Positions 36,185 through 48,200 of a stretch of 64,000 nucleotides of DNA are shown piece after piece. Location of the stretch: the NCBI GenBank assembly GCA_051294375.1, contig CM119267.1, positions 25,745,293-25,809,292 on the forward strand. The letters are read 5' to 3'. A program made the position numbers and the translations under genes. The stretch comes from Paraspadella gotoi (Eukaryota; Animalia; Chaetognatha). Within the stretch, counting starts at the first letter, position 1. Each line of letters starts with the position of its first letter. Under the pieces are notes generated by a model that saw only the letters and a list, made by a program, of their open reading frames with translations, did no database searches and was not told where the DNA came from.

Positions 36185-38205
36185 ATGGCTTTCATCGGAA
36201 GAATCTTCGGCTCCATAGCCAGCGCTTATCGCGAGATGAATCAAGCTACTCTCACCGGTGAGACTATGAGACATTGAGCGGGAGACGTTCTTCTTGTGCT
36301 TAAATATGATATTATTTTAATTGGTATAATTGCCGATTTGATTTTAATGAATCTAATGTCTATTAATTTTGGCCACGTCTGTTTTCCCCCTCCGAATCTT
36401 TAAGGCGCCATCGATGTGATCGTGGTGCGCCAACCAGACGGGTCACTTCGCGCTTCTCCCTTTCACGTCAGATTCGGAAAGGTGGGCGTGTTCCGCTCCA
36501 GGGAAAAAGTCGTCGACATCACCCTCAATGGAGAACCCGTGAGTCCCGCAGTTCCCTCTCAATCCGCTCCTCTCTTTTTCTCTCCATTCCTCACGGCGAC
36601 TATTCTCCCTCACCTCTTCTCTCACCCCAGGTCGACCTCAAAATGAAGCTTGGCGACGCGGGTGAGGCTTTCTTCGTCGAATTAAAAGATGACGAGTCTT
36701 TGGTAGCGCCTTACCTCTGTACGTCGCCGCTGCCGGGTGAGGACGCCGAGGCCGTCATGCAGAAAGGCATCGCTGAGATGAAGATGGAGTGCGAGGCGAG
36801 GGAGCGAAAGGTGAAGAGAATCTTGAGCTCTCTTTTAAAATTAATTTATCTTTTAAGATTTTGTTTTAATTTCAGGCTTCCCAGAGTCATGAGCCGACCA
36901 CGACGAAGACGCCGCCGCTGGCGGAGGCATCGACGACCACGAGCGACGAGAGCGGAAAGGAAAACGAAGTGCACGTCACCCGTGACGCCGGCGCCGTCGC
37001 CTTCCGCCCAACCGCCCTTCAAGATCTTCAAGACGCCGACGTCAGCGATGAGTCCTCTTTCGGCGCCGCCGTCGCTCAAACGCCCAAGACACGACAGTTT
37101 CGCCGGAAACGTAAGAAGAGCACGAGCAAGCGAAGCCCAGGTTCGACGTGCGCCGCGACGCCGCAAGGGAACGACGCCACCCCGACGCCGTCGGTGGACC
37201 CGTACTCGGACGACATCTTCGCGATGGAGATCGAACGCGTGGACGAGCGCGTCGAGGAGTGGTCCTCGGACGAGGCAGAGCCATCCGTTGGCGACGCACT
37301 GCCCTCAGCGCTGACGCCTCTCGGTGCCGGAAGAAAATCGGTCGCGACAGCGACGACGCCGAGCCTCGATATCGGCGCCGCGCAACCCCTTGCCCGCAAG
37401 ATTTCAAGATCTCTTCCTCACGATGTAGAAACTTTATCTCGGTCCACGTCGAGGACGCTGGAGAACGACATACGCGGTCGGGTAATGATTGGACGCGGCG
37501 GGAGCGGCGTCACGAACGTGACGGAACCTCTTGTTGCGGCGGGGACTGAACTTTTTCGCCCAAACTCGACCGACGGAGTCGCTTTCAGTTTCGGCGAGGA
37601 AGTGGCGGAACTCCACCCGTTTTCTGACGGGGATTTATCCCCACCAATGGGGTCGCCCATTCGGAGGCCCTTTTCGCCACAGAGTGATAGTGAGCTGCTT
37701 GATAGACCTTCCTTCCTTTCTGCCAAAGACCGGAGGTTCGTTGTTTTTTGTTGATCGATATTGCTGTGGTTTTGCTCATAAGTGGCGTCGTCGTCGTTAT
37801 CGTCGTCGTCGGCGTTCCAAATTATAGATCGCCTTTTTGATGATTAAATTTGGGTGTATGAAGCTGAAAATTTATATACAGCTTCTCATCATCGATGTCC
37901 TCAAAATTGAGTCTGGACAATTATTAAATATGTTTTGTTTACGTTTTATCAAAACAAACAAATTTTCTCTCTTTTATTTTCATATTTCTTTCTCTCTTTT
38001 CTCTTTTAATTACATGTCTCTCTCCCTCTCTCTTTTCCCTAGTCACTGATTCATAAGAATAAAAACGAGTCTGCAGCTGGCTCTGCAGGGGCGTATTCTT
38101 TTTCTCTCTTTTCTCCTGCTGCTTCTGTTGCTGCCTTTTGATTTCTTTCTTTTTTTCTGGGTGCCTCTGCTGCTTTCGCTGCTGATTCGTCCAAAAACGA
38201 TTTGG

Positions 38206-38264
<59 letters not shown>

Positions 38265-41226
38265 TTCTTTCTTTTTTTTTTCTCAGGGGCTGCGTCTGCT
38301 GATCAGTTTATTTGACAATGAAAAAGTTTTCTCTTGCTGCTTCTGCTGATATTTTTTCTTTCCTTTTTATTCATTCTTTCCTTTCTATTCATTCTTTCCT
38401 TTCTATTCTTTCTTTCCTTTCTATTCTTTCTTTCCTTTCTATTCTTTCTTTCCTTTCTATTCTTTCTTTCCTTTCTATTCTTTCTTTCCTTTCTATTCTT
38501 TCTTTCCTTTCTATTCTTTCTTTCCTTTCTATTTTTTTTTCCTTTCTATTTTTTTTTCCTTTCTATTCTTTTTTCTTTTCTATTTTTTTTTTTATCGTTG
38601 CAATCGCTTAGCGTTTGCGACGATATTTGTAACGCTTTTGCCCATAAGTGGCGTCGTCGTCGTCGTTATCGTCGGCGTTCCAAATTATAGATCGCCTTTT
38701 TTATGATTAAATTTTGGTGTATGAAGCTGAAAATTTATATACAGCTTCTCATCATCGATGTGCTTAAAATTGAGTCTGGACAGTTATTAAATGTTTTGTT
38801 TACATTTTATCAAAACAAACAAATTTTCTCTTTTATTTTCATATTTCTTTCTCTCTCCTCTCTCTCTCTTTTCTCTTTTAATTACATGTCTCTCTCCCTC
38901 TCTCTTTTCCCTAATCACTGATTCATAATCAAAGGGAAAAAAAACGAGTCTGCAGCTGGCTCTGCAGGGGCTTATTCTTTTTCTCTCTTTTCTCCTGCTG
39001 CTTCTGCTGCTGCCTTTTGATTTCTTTCTCTGCAGCTGGCTCTGCAGGGGCTTATTCTTTTTTCTCTCTTTTCTCCTGCTGCTTCTGCTGCTGGCTTTTG
39101 ATTTCTTTCTTTTTTCTGGGTGCCTCTGCCGCTGCTGATTCGTCCGAAAAAGGATTTTGCCTCTCTCTCTCTCTGCTGCTCTCTCTCTTTCAAAAAAAAA
39201 TAAAAAAATTGAATGACGATTGCACTCATAAAATTAGGCTTCGCATTTGTGCATGTTATCATTTTGCTATCACAAAATCCGGATTTTGTTTCGTTCTTTC
39301 TTCTCGTCACTCTCTCTTTTTCTTTTTTTCCTTTCTATTCTTTCTTTCCTTTCTATTCTTTCTTTCCTTTTTATTCTTTCTTTCCTTTCTATTTTTTTTT
39401 CCTTTTTATTCTTTCTTCCCTTTCTATTTTTTCTTTCCTTTCTAATCTTTCTTTCCTTTCTATTCTTTCTTTCCTTTCTTTTCTTTCTTTCCTTTCTATT
39501 CTTTCTTTATATTTATTCTTTTCTTCTTTTTCTTTGTTTATAAATTAATTTTCTTTTCTCAAATTTGATTTTTTTTTAGTATAAAATTTGTCGTCAATCC
39601 AGATTTTTCTTATGCAATTGCGACGATCCTTATGCTTTTAAGATTTTTTCCTTTTTATTTTTTTTTCCTTTCTATTTTTTCTTTCCTTTCTATTCTTTCT
39701 ATTTTTCCTCGCCTTTCTATTCTTTCTTTTTTTTCTATTCTTTCTTTCCTTTCTATTCTTTCTTTTTTTCTTTTTTATTCTTTCTTTTCTTTTTCTTTCT
39801 ATTTTTCCTTTCCTTTCTATTTTTTCTTTCCTTTTTATTTTTTCTTTCTTTTTTATTCTTTCTTTTCTTTCTTTCCTTTTATTCCTTCTTTTCTTTCTAT
39901 TCTTTTTTGTTTTCTTTTTTTTTTCTATTCTCTCTTTCCTTTTTCTTTTTTTTCTTTTTATTCTTTCTTTCCTTTCTATTCTTTCTTNNNNNNNNNNNNN
40001 NNNNNNNNNNNNGGCTCAGCAGCACTTCGACAGAGTGATGCAGCGTCGGGACTGGGCCCTGCAGCAGCTCTGCTGTCGCTGAGGCCGGGAGTCTGGTTTT
40101 TTCGTTTGACTTTTGTTTCTGTTTCACATGTCTGGTCACAGTGCGGGTGTCTCGCCTTTTGGAGAGACAAAAGGCTAATGTGGGGGGGGGGTTTCGAAGA
40201 GAGAATTTATAAACAAAGAAAAAAATGAAAAAAATAAATATAAAGAAAGAATAGAAAGGAAAGAAGAATAGAAAGGAAAGAAAGAATAGAAAGGAAAGAA
40301 AGAATAGAAAAGAAAAAAAATAGAAAGGAATGAAAGAAAAGAAAGAAAAAATAAAAAGAAAAGAAAGAATAGAAAGGAAAGAAAGAATAGAAAGGAAAGA
40401 AAGAATAGAAAGGAAAGAAAGAATAGAAAGGAAAGAAAGAATAGAAAGGAAAGAAAGAATAAAAGAAAAAAAGAAAAAGGAAAGAGAGAATAGAAAAAAA
40501 AAGAAAACAAAAAGAATAGAAAGAAAAGAAGGAATAAAAGGAAAGAAAGAAAAAAAAAAGAATAAAAAAGAAAGAAAAAATAAAAGGAAAAGAAAAAATA
40601 GAAAGGAAGGGAAAATAGAAAGAAAAAGAAAAGAAAGAATAAAAAAGAAAAAAGAAAGAATAGAAAGGAAAGAAAGAATAGAAAAAAAAGAAAGAATAGA
40701 AAGGCGAGGAAAAATAGAAAGAATAGAAAGGAAAGAAAAAATAGAAAGGAAAAAAAAATAAAAAGGAAAAATCTTAAAAGCATAAGGATCGTCGCAATTG
40801 CATAAGAAAAATCTGGATTGACGACAAATTTTATACTAAAAAAAAATCAAATTTGAGAAAAGAAAATTAATTTATAAACAAAGAAAAAGAAGAAAAGAAT
40901 AAATATAAAGAAAGAATAGAAAGGAAAGAAAGAAAAGAAAGGAAAGAAAGAATAGAAAGGAAAGAAAGATTAGAAAGGAAAGAAAAAATAGAAAGGGAAG
41001 AAAGAATAAAAAGGAAAAAAAAATAGAAAGGAAAGAAAGAATAAAAAGGAAAGAAAGAATAGAAAGGAAAGAAAGAATAGAAAGGAAAAAAAGAAAAAGA
41101 GAGAGTGACGAGAAGAAAGAACGAAACAAAATCCGGATTTTGTGATAGCAAAATGATAACATGCACAAATGCGAAGCCTAATTTTATGAGTGCAATCGTC
41201 ATTCAATTTTTTTATTTTTTTTTGAA

Positions 41227-41277
<51 letters not shown>

Positions 41278-42165
41278 CAAAATCCTTTTTCGGACGAATC
41301 AGCAGCGGCAGAGGCACCCAGAAAAAAGAAAGAAATCAAAAGCCAGCAGCAGAAGCAGCAGGAGAAAAGAGAGAAAAAAAATAAGCCCCTGCAGAGCCAG
41401 CTGCAGAGAAAGAAATCAAAAGGCAGCAGCAGAAGCAGCAGGAGAAAAGAGAGAAAAAGAATAAGCCCCTGCAGAGCCAGCTGCAGACTCGTTTTTTTTC
41501 CCTTTGATTATGAATCAGTGATTAGGGAAAAGAGAGAGGGAGAGAGACATGTAATTAAAAGAGAAAAGAGAGAGAGAGAGAGAGAAAGAAATATGAAAAT
41601 AAAAGAGAGAAAATTTGTTTGTTTTGATAAAATGTAAACAAAACATTTAATAACTGTCCAGACTCAATTTTAAGCACATCGATGATGAGAAGCTGTATAT
41701 AAATTTTCAGCTTCATACACCAAAATTTAATCATAAAAAAGGCGATCTATAATTTGGAACGCCGACGATAACGACGACGACGACGCCACTTATGGGCAAA
41801 AGCGTTACAATATCGTCGCAAACGCTAAGCGATTGCAACGATAAAAAAAAAATAGAAAAGAAAAAAGAATAGAAAGGAAAAAAAATAGAAGGAAAAAAAA
41901 ATAGAAAGGAAAGAAAGAATAGAAAGGAAAGAAAGAATAGAAGAAAGAAAGAATAGAAAGGAAAGAAAGAATAGAAAGGAAAGAAAGAATAGAAAGGAAA
42001 GAAAGAATAGAAAGGAAAGAAAGAATAGAAAGGAAAGAATGAATAGAAAGGAAAGAATGAATAAAAAGGAAGAAAAAATATCAGCAGAAGCAGCAAGAGA
42101 AAACTTTTTCATTGTCAAATAAACTGATCAGCAGACGCAGCCCCTGAGAAAAAAAAAAGAAAGAA

Positions 42166-42217
<52 letters not shown>

Positions 42218-45200
42218 CCAAATCGTTTTTGGACGAATCAGCAGCGAAAGCAGCAGAGGCACCCAGAAAAAAAGAAAGAAATCAAAAGGCAGCAACAGAA
42301 GCAGCAGGAGAAAAGAGAGAAAAAGAATACGCCCCTGCAGAGCCAGCTGCAGACTCGTTTTTATTCTTATGAATCAGTGACTAGGGAAAAGAGAGAGGGA
42401 GAGAGACATGTAATTAAAAGAGAAAAGAGAGAAAGAAATATGAAAATAAAAGAGAGAAAATTTGTTTTGTTTTGATAAAACGTAAACAAAACATATTTAA
42501 TAATTGTCCAGACTCAATTTTGAGGACATCGATGATGAGAAGCTGTATATAAATTTTCAGCTTCATACACCCAAATTTAGGGGAACGCGTCACTTCTTTT
42601 TTCGCGCTCAATGTGATCATTCGCTTTCGCTTATTTTAGCGCGTTTTTCGATTATTAACGGGACTTTCCTTCGATATCCTTTTCATATCGAATTTTGGAT
42701 TTTCACGCTCGTCTTATGTTTTCTTTCGACGATCGTAAGAATTCGCGCGATAAACCTCGAAGGATCGCGCGATCGCAGTTCGACGAAATCTTCGGTTTCG
42801 ACCAAGGGTTTGAGGGGCCCTGAGATTCACGTGGGCGCGACTGCGTCGCAAGATGCCTCGCGCCCCGGTCGGTGTTTCTCTCCACCCCCTCCTCCGCTTT
42901 AGGCGCTGTCTTCCGTTAACTCGGTTACGGCGCCTCGGACCGCGCGCGCAGGGGCGCCGCAACCCGGCACCAGTGGTGTCGGTTTGGGGGGTGGACAGCC
43001 TACGCGCAGCCCTGAGAGTCGAGCGCTATCGGCTGGAGGCCTGGAAGCGTTTTCGGAGAAGGACGCCCTCGTCGGGCGCCGCAAGGACATGCAGGATTCG
43101 CTTGGCCGGGAGATGGGCGAGTTCCGCCGGTGAGCGTTATTTTTGGGTTCTTTTATTCGAAGTCTTTTGTAAATTCTTTTATTTGCCCCTCCATCAAATT
43201 TTTTGTTTCTCTTTTCTTTCTTTCTTTCGTTTTTTATTTTTATATTTTTTTCAACACGCCGCGTTTTTCTCGTTACTGAGGCTAATGTGGGGGGGTTTCG
43301 AAGAGAGAATCTGTAATTCTGAATGGAATTATGACTCTTATCGAAACCCCTCCCACATTCTCCCGCCGCCGCCCCTTTCGCCTCCGGGTGGGTGTGGTCA
43401 CTCCGGACACTCCCTCATCAGAAGATGGAGAGGTGACGTCCGACTCGGACGTCGATCGGGCTTTTCAACGCTTTTCGGCCCGCCGCCAAAGGAGCGGCGT
43501 CGCCGTCTGATTGAGTTTCGAAGCAATGGCGTTCACTTCGTCACGTCTCAGAGTCAGGGGAGTTGGCGAGAGGCTGGAGTCTCCGCACAACCTCCTCAAC
43601 CTTTCGCCTTCGTCGCTGGGTGGACCACGCCTCGTCGGCGTTGTTTCTACCTCCGGATCACGACGGGTGTCTGATCCCGCATTTCGAAGCGGCTCTCTGC
43701 ACCAGATATCCTGCCTACCGTCAACATGTACGCACGATGCAGGAGGCGGGCGCGTCGGGTCACGCCGCCCCTTTTTGGTCGCCGAGGATCTACGCCTTTT
43801 GTCAGAGGCCATCAAGGGGGGCCTTTCAGCGGATCAGGTGGTGGAGCGCATGGCTTCGCCCCTTTGCGCCATTGCGTCATTCCAGACATCTGCGTTTGAC
43901 ACGGCGCTTCTGGAGTTCGACGTTCAGTTTTGTCGGAGGAGTCGATCGATTTGCGTGGGACGCTGCAGGAGGCCGCGCCCACCAAAAAATTTTATCCTCA
44001 ATTTCTTTCGGATCGTTTCCTCAGCGGTCAACGCCGTTTTTTTCCGATCCGCCTCACGCCCTCGCTTTGTTGATAACCGCCGTTAGGTTTTCAAGGTGCT
44101 GAAGTCCAGCTTCAAGCCGCGGAAGAGCGGCAAGAAGCCCTTTTTTCACGTCCGGGGGCAGGCCCTCTTCAAGATCGGTTTTCACCTCAGCGAAGGAGTT
44201 GGTCGAGCTACCTCTCCATTTTTTGGCGGAATTCTCGGGGCCCAAGATCACCGGGCGGAGGCGATTCCAACCCGGTTTCCTCGCCCTATTACGCGACGCC
44301 ATCTTTCGGCGAGAGGGTTGACGCAGTCGAGGCGGAGTTCTCGTCCGCCGCCTTAGAGAAAGGAGAGATGGAGGAGGTAGAAGCCTCTCCGACCCTTTAC
44401 TACAGGTTTTTTCTCGTTCCAAAGAAGGATGGAGGGTGAAGACCTTTTCTCAACCTGAAGCGGCTCGACGCCGTTTTTCTCTCACCTCCATGTTTTCGCA
44501 TGGAGGGAGTCAAGGACATCAGGAGTTTTCGACGGGGCGTTTGGAGCCTCGATCGACCTGCGCGATGCCTACCTTCTCCCTTTCCATGAGGAGCTCCGAA
44601 AGTCTCGTCGATTCATCTGGAAGGGTCGGTTCTTCCAGTACAAGGCCCTCTTTACATTTGGCGACGGAACCGTGGCTCTTCACGAAGACGACGCGCCCTC
44701 TAGTTCAATGTTTGAGGCAGAAGGGCTTTTGTCGCCTCTTCGACTTCAACGACTTCCTCTCCTTGGGTCTTCAAAGGAGGAGTGTCCTCAAGCTACGTTG
44801 AAGACGGTTCAGCTGCTCTTGGAGGCAAGTTTCATCCGAGTTTCATCCAAGTTTCATTCGAGTTTTACTCCGTCTCAGTCTTTCGACTTCCTCGGTTTTC
44901 ACTGGGACGGCCAGCTTCATCAGAACTCGCTTACTCCGCCCAAGTTGCGATCTGGAGTTTAGCGATCTTTTTGTCGCCCTTTCCGCCGGCGTTCAATTCT
45001 TTCGTTCCACGGACACGCCACGGCAGTCACGCTCAACTTCCTCGGGTCCACTGGGATGGCCAGCTTCATCAGATCTCAATTGCGCCGCCCAAGTTGCGAT
45101 CCGGAGTTTAACGCCCTCTCTCCTCTCGTCGCCCTTTCCGCCGGCGCGTTCAGCCCTTTGTTCCATGGACACGCCACGGCAGCCACGCTCGCAGTACCGC

Positions 45201-48200
45201 TTCTCCGTTGCCGCTTCGCCTGGAGTCAACGGAATGTCAACCGCGTCTACCGTTCCGAGAGGGTTCTCGATCGCTCGACGCCGCTGGACGTTTCGGCGCG
45301 GGAGGAGCTTGTGGTGCCAGCCGCTTCGTCTGGAGGTCTACGTCGCGCCGGTGGACGATCTGCTCCCAGAGTTTTGCGAGAGTTTTGCAAGGGGATCTGG
45401 GATGCTGCAGATGTCCCTCACCTTTTTATGTGAAGGAGTTCATGGTGTTGAAGACCTTCCTCTCTTGATTCGGCAGCTCTCTAGGAAATACGAACCTTCT
45501 TTGGAAGGCCGACAGTTTGGGTTCATTGTTCTGCCTCCAGCGCACGGGCAGCCATTCGAGGGAGCTACACGAGGTTGTCAAGGAGCCTCTCCTGATCGCC
45601 CACGTTCTAGGGATCCGCATCACCGGGAGTCACAGGTCGTCAGAGGAGAGCGTAGTGACGGATGCGGCGTCGAGGGGACGCCTAGTTGCGGATTGGCGTC
45701 TCCTTCCACGGATCTTCCGTCAGATCTGCGAGACCTTCGGCACTTCTTCCATTAATCTTTTTGCAACGAAGGATTCGACGCAGGTGCGCCGTTTCCTCTT
45801 GGAAGGCGGAGGCGCCAACGGAGGGTGGGGACGCCCTCGCCCAGAATTGGAGCTTCGATTGAGTCCTACACTTTTCTCCACACCTCTTCTCCCGAGCGTC
45901 CTTTGGAAGCTGGAGGAGTCATCGGGGATCTTCCTTCCTTCTGGTTGCCCTTTCTTTCTGGCCAGCCCAGAAGTGGTTCCCGTCGTTTTTGAACCTGAAG
46001 ATGCTGGAGGCTCGACGTCTTCCGGCCCCAAACGACCTCGACGACCTCAGCGATTCGGCCTTTGACATCACCGCTGACAGTTGGAGAGGCTCGACACGAT
46101 TTCGTTACGCTCGAGCCTGGACCTCCTGCGTTTTCCTTCAATGTAAGGAAGTTCGAGGACTTGATGTGTCTCTGAAGGATGTTCTAGAGTACCTAGCCCA
46201 TCTCGTTGAGTTGGGTTTGTCGTACAGCTCAGTGAACCTTCATCGCTCAGCGTTTTCGGCTACCTTGCCGTCGCAGGGTTCGTTCTTGTTTGAGGAGCAC
46301 TCCCTCGTTCGACGCCTTCTCAAGGGGACCTTTGAGCGGCGTCCTTCTGTTCATCTGTTTTTTCCTCGGTGGGATGCGGCGTCGGTTCTACGCGTTTTGG
46401 ACGTTGTCGTCTCCCGCTCACATTCTTCGGCGCTCTATTTCTCTTGGCGTTTGCTTCGGCCAGGAGGCTGTCGGAAATAGTCTCGCTCAAGTGTATTCAA
46501 GCCCACTTCTCGCTCGCTACGGATCATGGTCGCTTTGTTCCGTCCAAGCTTCCCAAGTTAGATCGCGTCGGGCACATAGGCCCGTCCTTCAGGGTGGACG
46601 CCCTGCCGGCGTCTTCGCGTTGGCTCATTGCGGCTCTGAGGGAATGGCTTCGAGTCCGCTACTGTTTAGCGCCGTCTCACGTTTTCTTTTCTGCGCCCCT
46701 TCGCCACCCTTTACTCCGCTTTCGCCTCAACGTTTTGCGGCGATTCTCAAGGCGCTCTTTTTGGAGGCGGATGCCGACGCTCCGACAGGATCTACGCGTG
46801 CCATGGCGGTCTCGGAAGCCTTCGCCCGCGGCGTCGATCTCGGCGTCATCCTCAGGGCCGGAGACGGGCCCGGAGATCAGACTTTCTTTCGGTTCCATTG
46901 CAGGGACCTCTCATGGGGCGCTTCCTTTTGGCGTTTCTCGGGACTAGTGACGCGTTCCCCGGCTCAGCAGCACTTCGACAGAGTGATGCAGCATCGGGAC
47001 TGGGCCCTGCAGCAGCTCTGCTGTCGCTGAGGCCGGGAGTCTGGTTTTTTCGTTTGACTTTTGTTTCTGTTTCACATGTCTGGTCACAGCGCGGTGTTTC
47101 GCCTTTTGGAGAGACAAAAGGCTAATGTGGGGGGGGTTTCGATAAGAATCATAATTCCATTCAGAATTACAGATTAAATTTCTTTTTTCAAATTTGATTT
47201 TTTTAGTATCAAAATTTGTTGTCAATCCAGATTTTTCTTATGCGATTGCGACGATCCTTATGCTTTTAAGATTTTTTTTTCAGATTCAGCAATGTCAACT
47301 GGAGTTGGGGCCAACTTCCGCGTGTCAAAAGCGAGGAGGACAAACTGCATAAAGTCTCGGAAGAAGCAGAAGCGACTACGCCCACAGTCATCGCCAATTC
47401 CTCTTCTCCTGAAGCAGCATTCTCATCGGCGACAGTATTTTCCACACCCGCCGCATCCCCTGTCGAGACAGCGCCTTCTGAACCTGCCCTCCCTGCAGGG
47501 GGAGCTGAGGAAGCGCCTCTGCGGAAAACGCCGCCCGACATGACTCTCGAAGAGTTGGATAGGATGCGACCGGAAGTGAAGGCACTCTATTTGACTCGAC
47601 CTTCTAGAAACGGTAAGAGGGAGACTTTCTACTACTGGTTTTCTTATTGTCATCGGCAAACATTTTATTTTCTACAAATCCATGGACCTTGCTGCTGAAG
47701 TGCCAACCGCGCCCTCCACAGCGCAAATGGAAGATAAGCGTCCCAAGAACGTGGGCCACTTGTCCCTCCCCAACCACCAGGGGATCACTGAGGCTTTGGT
47801 GCGGGTGCTGGCAAAGCAGGGGATCTCCACCTCAGTGACGGCCCGCAGCTCTCTTCCGTGAGCAATTGGTGAAACCGAAAGACAAAATCCCCAGACCGAA
47901 CGCTTCAGGAGCCGTCTATTGGGCGGCCTGTGCAGGGCGGGCAACCAACCCTGAGTATCAGCATATGTGGGCGAGACAGGCAAATCTCTCTCAGATCGAT
48001 TCGAGCAGCACATAACACCTACAAAGATGTCCGTGGGCATTAAGGCGTAGTAAAATTTCTATATTTCACTTTAATTAAAATTCTAAAAGTGAGGAACGAA
48101 CAACATTATACTAATGAACATTTATGTAATAAAAAAATTTATAATAAATTTTACAATTTACGCAGTAGGCCTATATTATACTAGTACTAAACCATAAATG

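Noticed and set aside
38380-38530. CRISPR-like regular repeats
   Set aside because: No unique spacers and no cas genes; this is a minisatellite in a eukaryotic context.
38128-42118. Many F/L/S-rich and ERKERI-repeat ORFs
   Set aside because: They are translations of the 18-bp minisatellite and (CT)n tracts inside HINE-B copies.
43130-43280. Possible intron in the DIRS 5' region (GTGAGC donor, T-rich tract, CTGAG ending at the ICR)
   Set aside because: T-rich tracts beside ICRs can have other roles and there is no transcript evidence.
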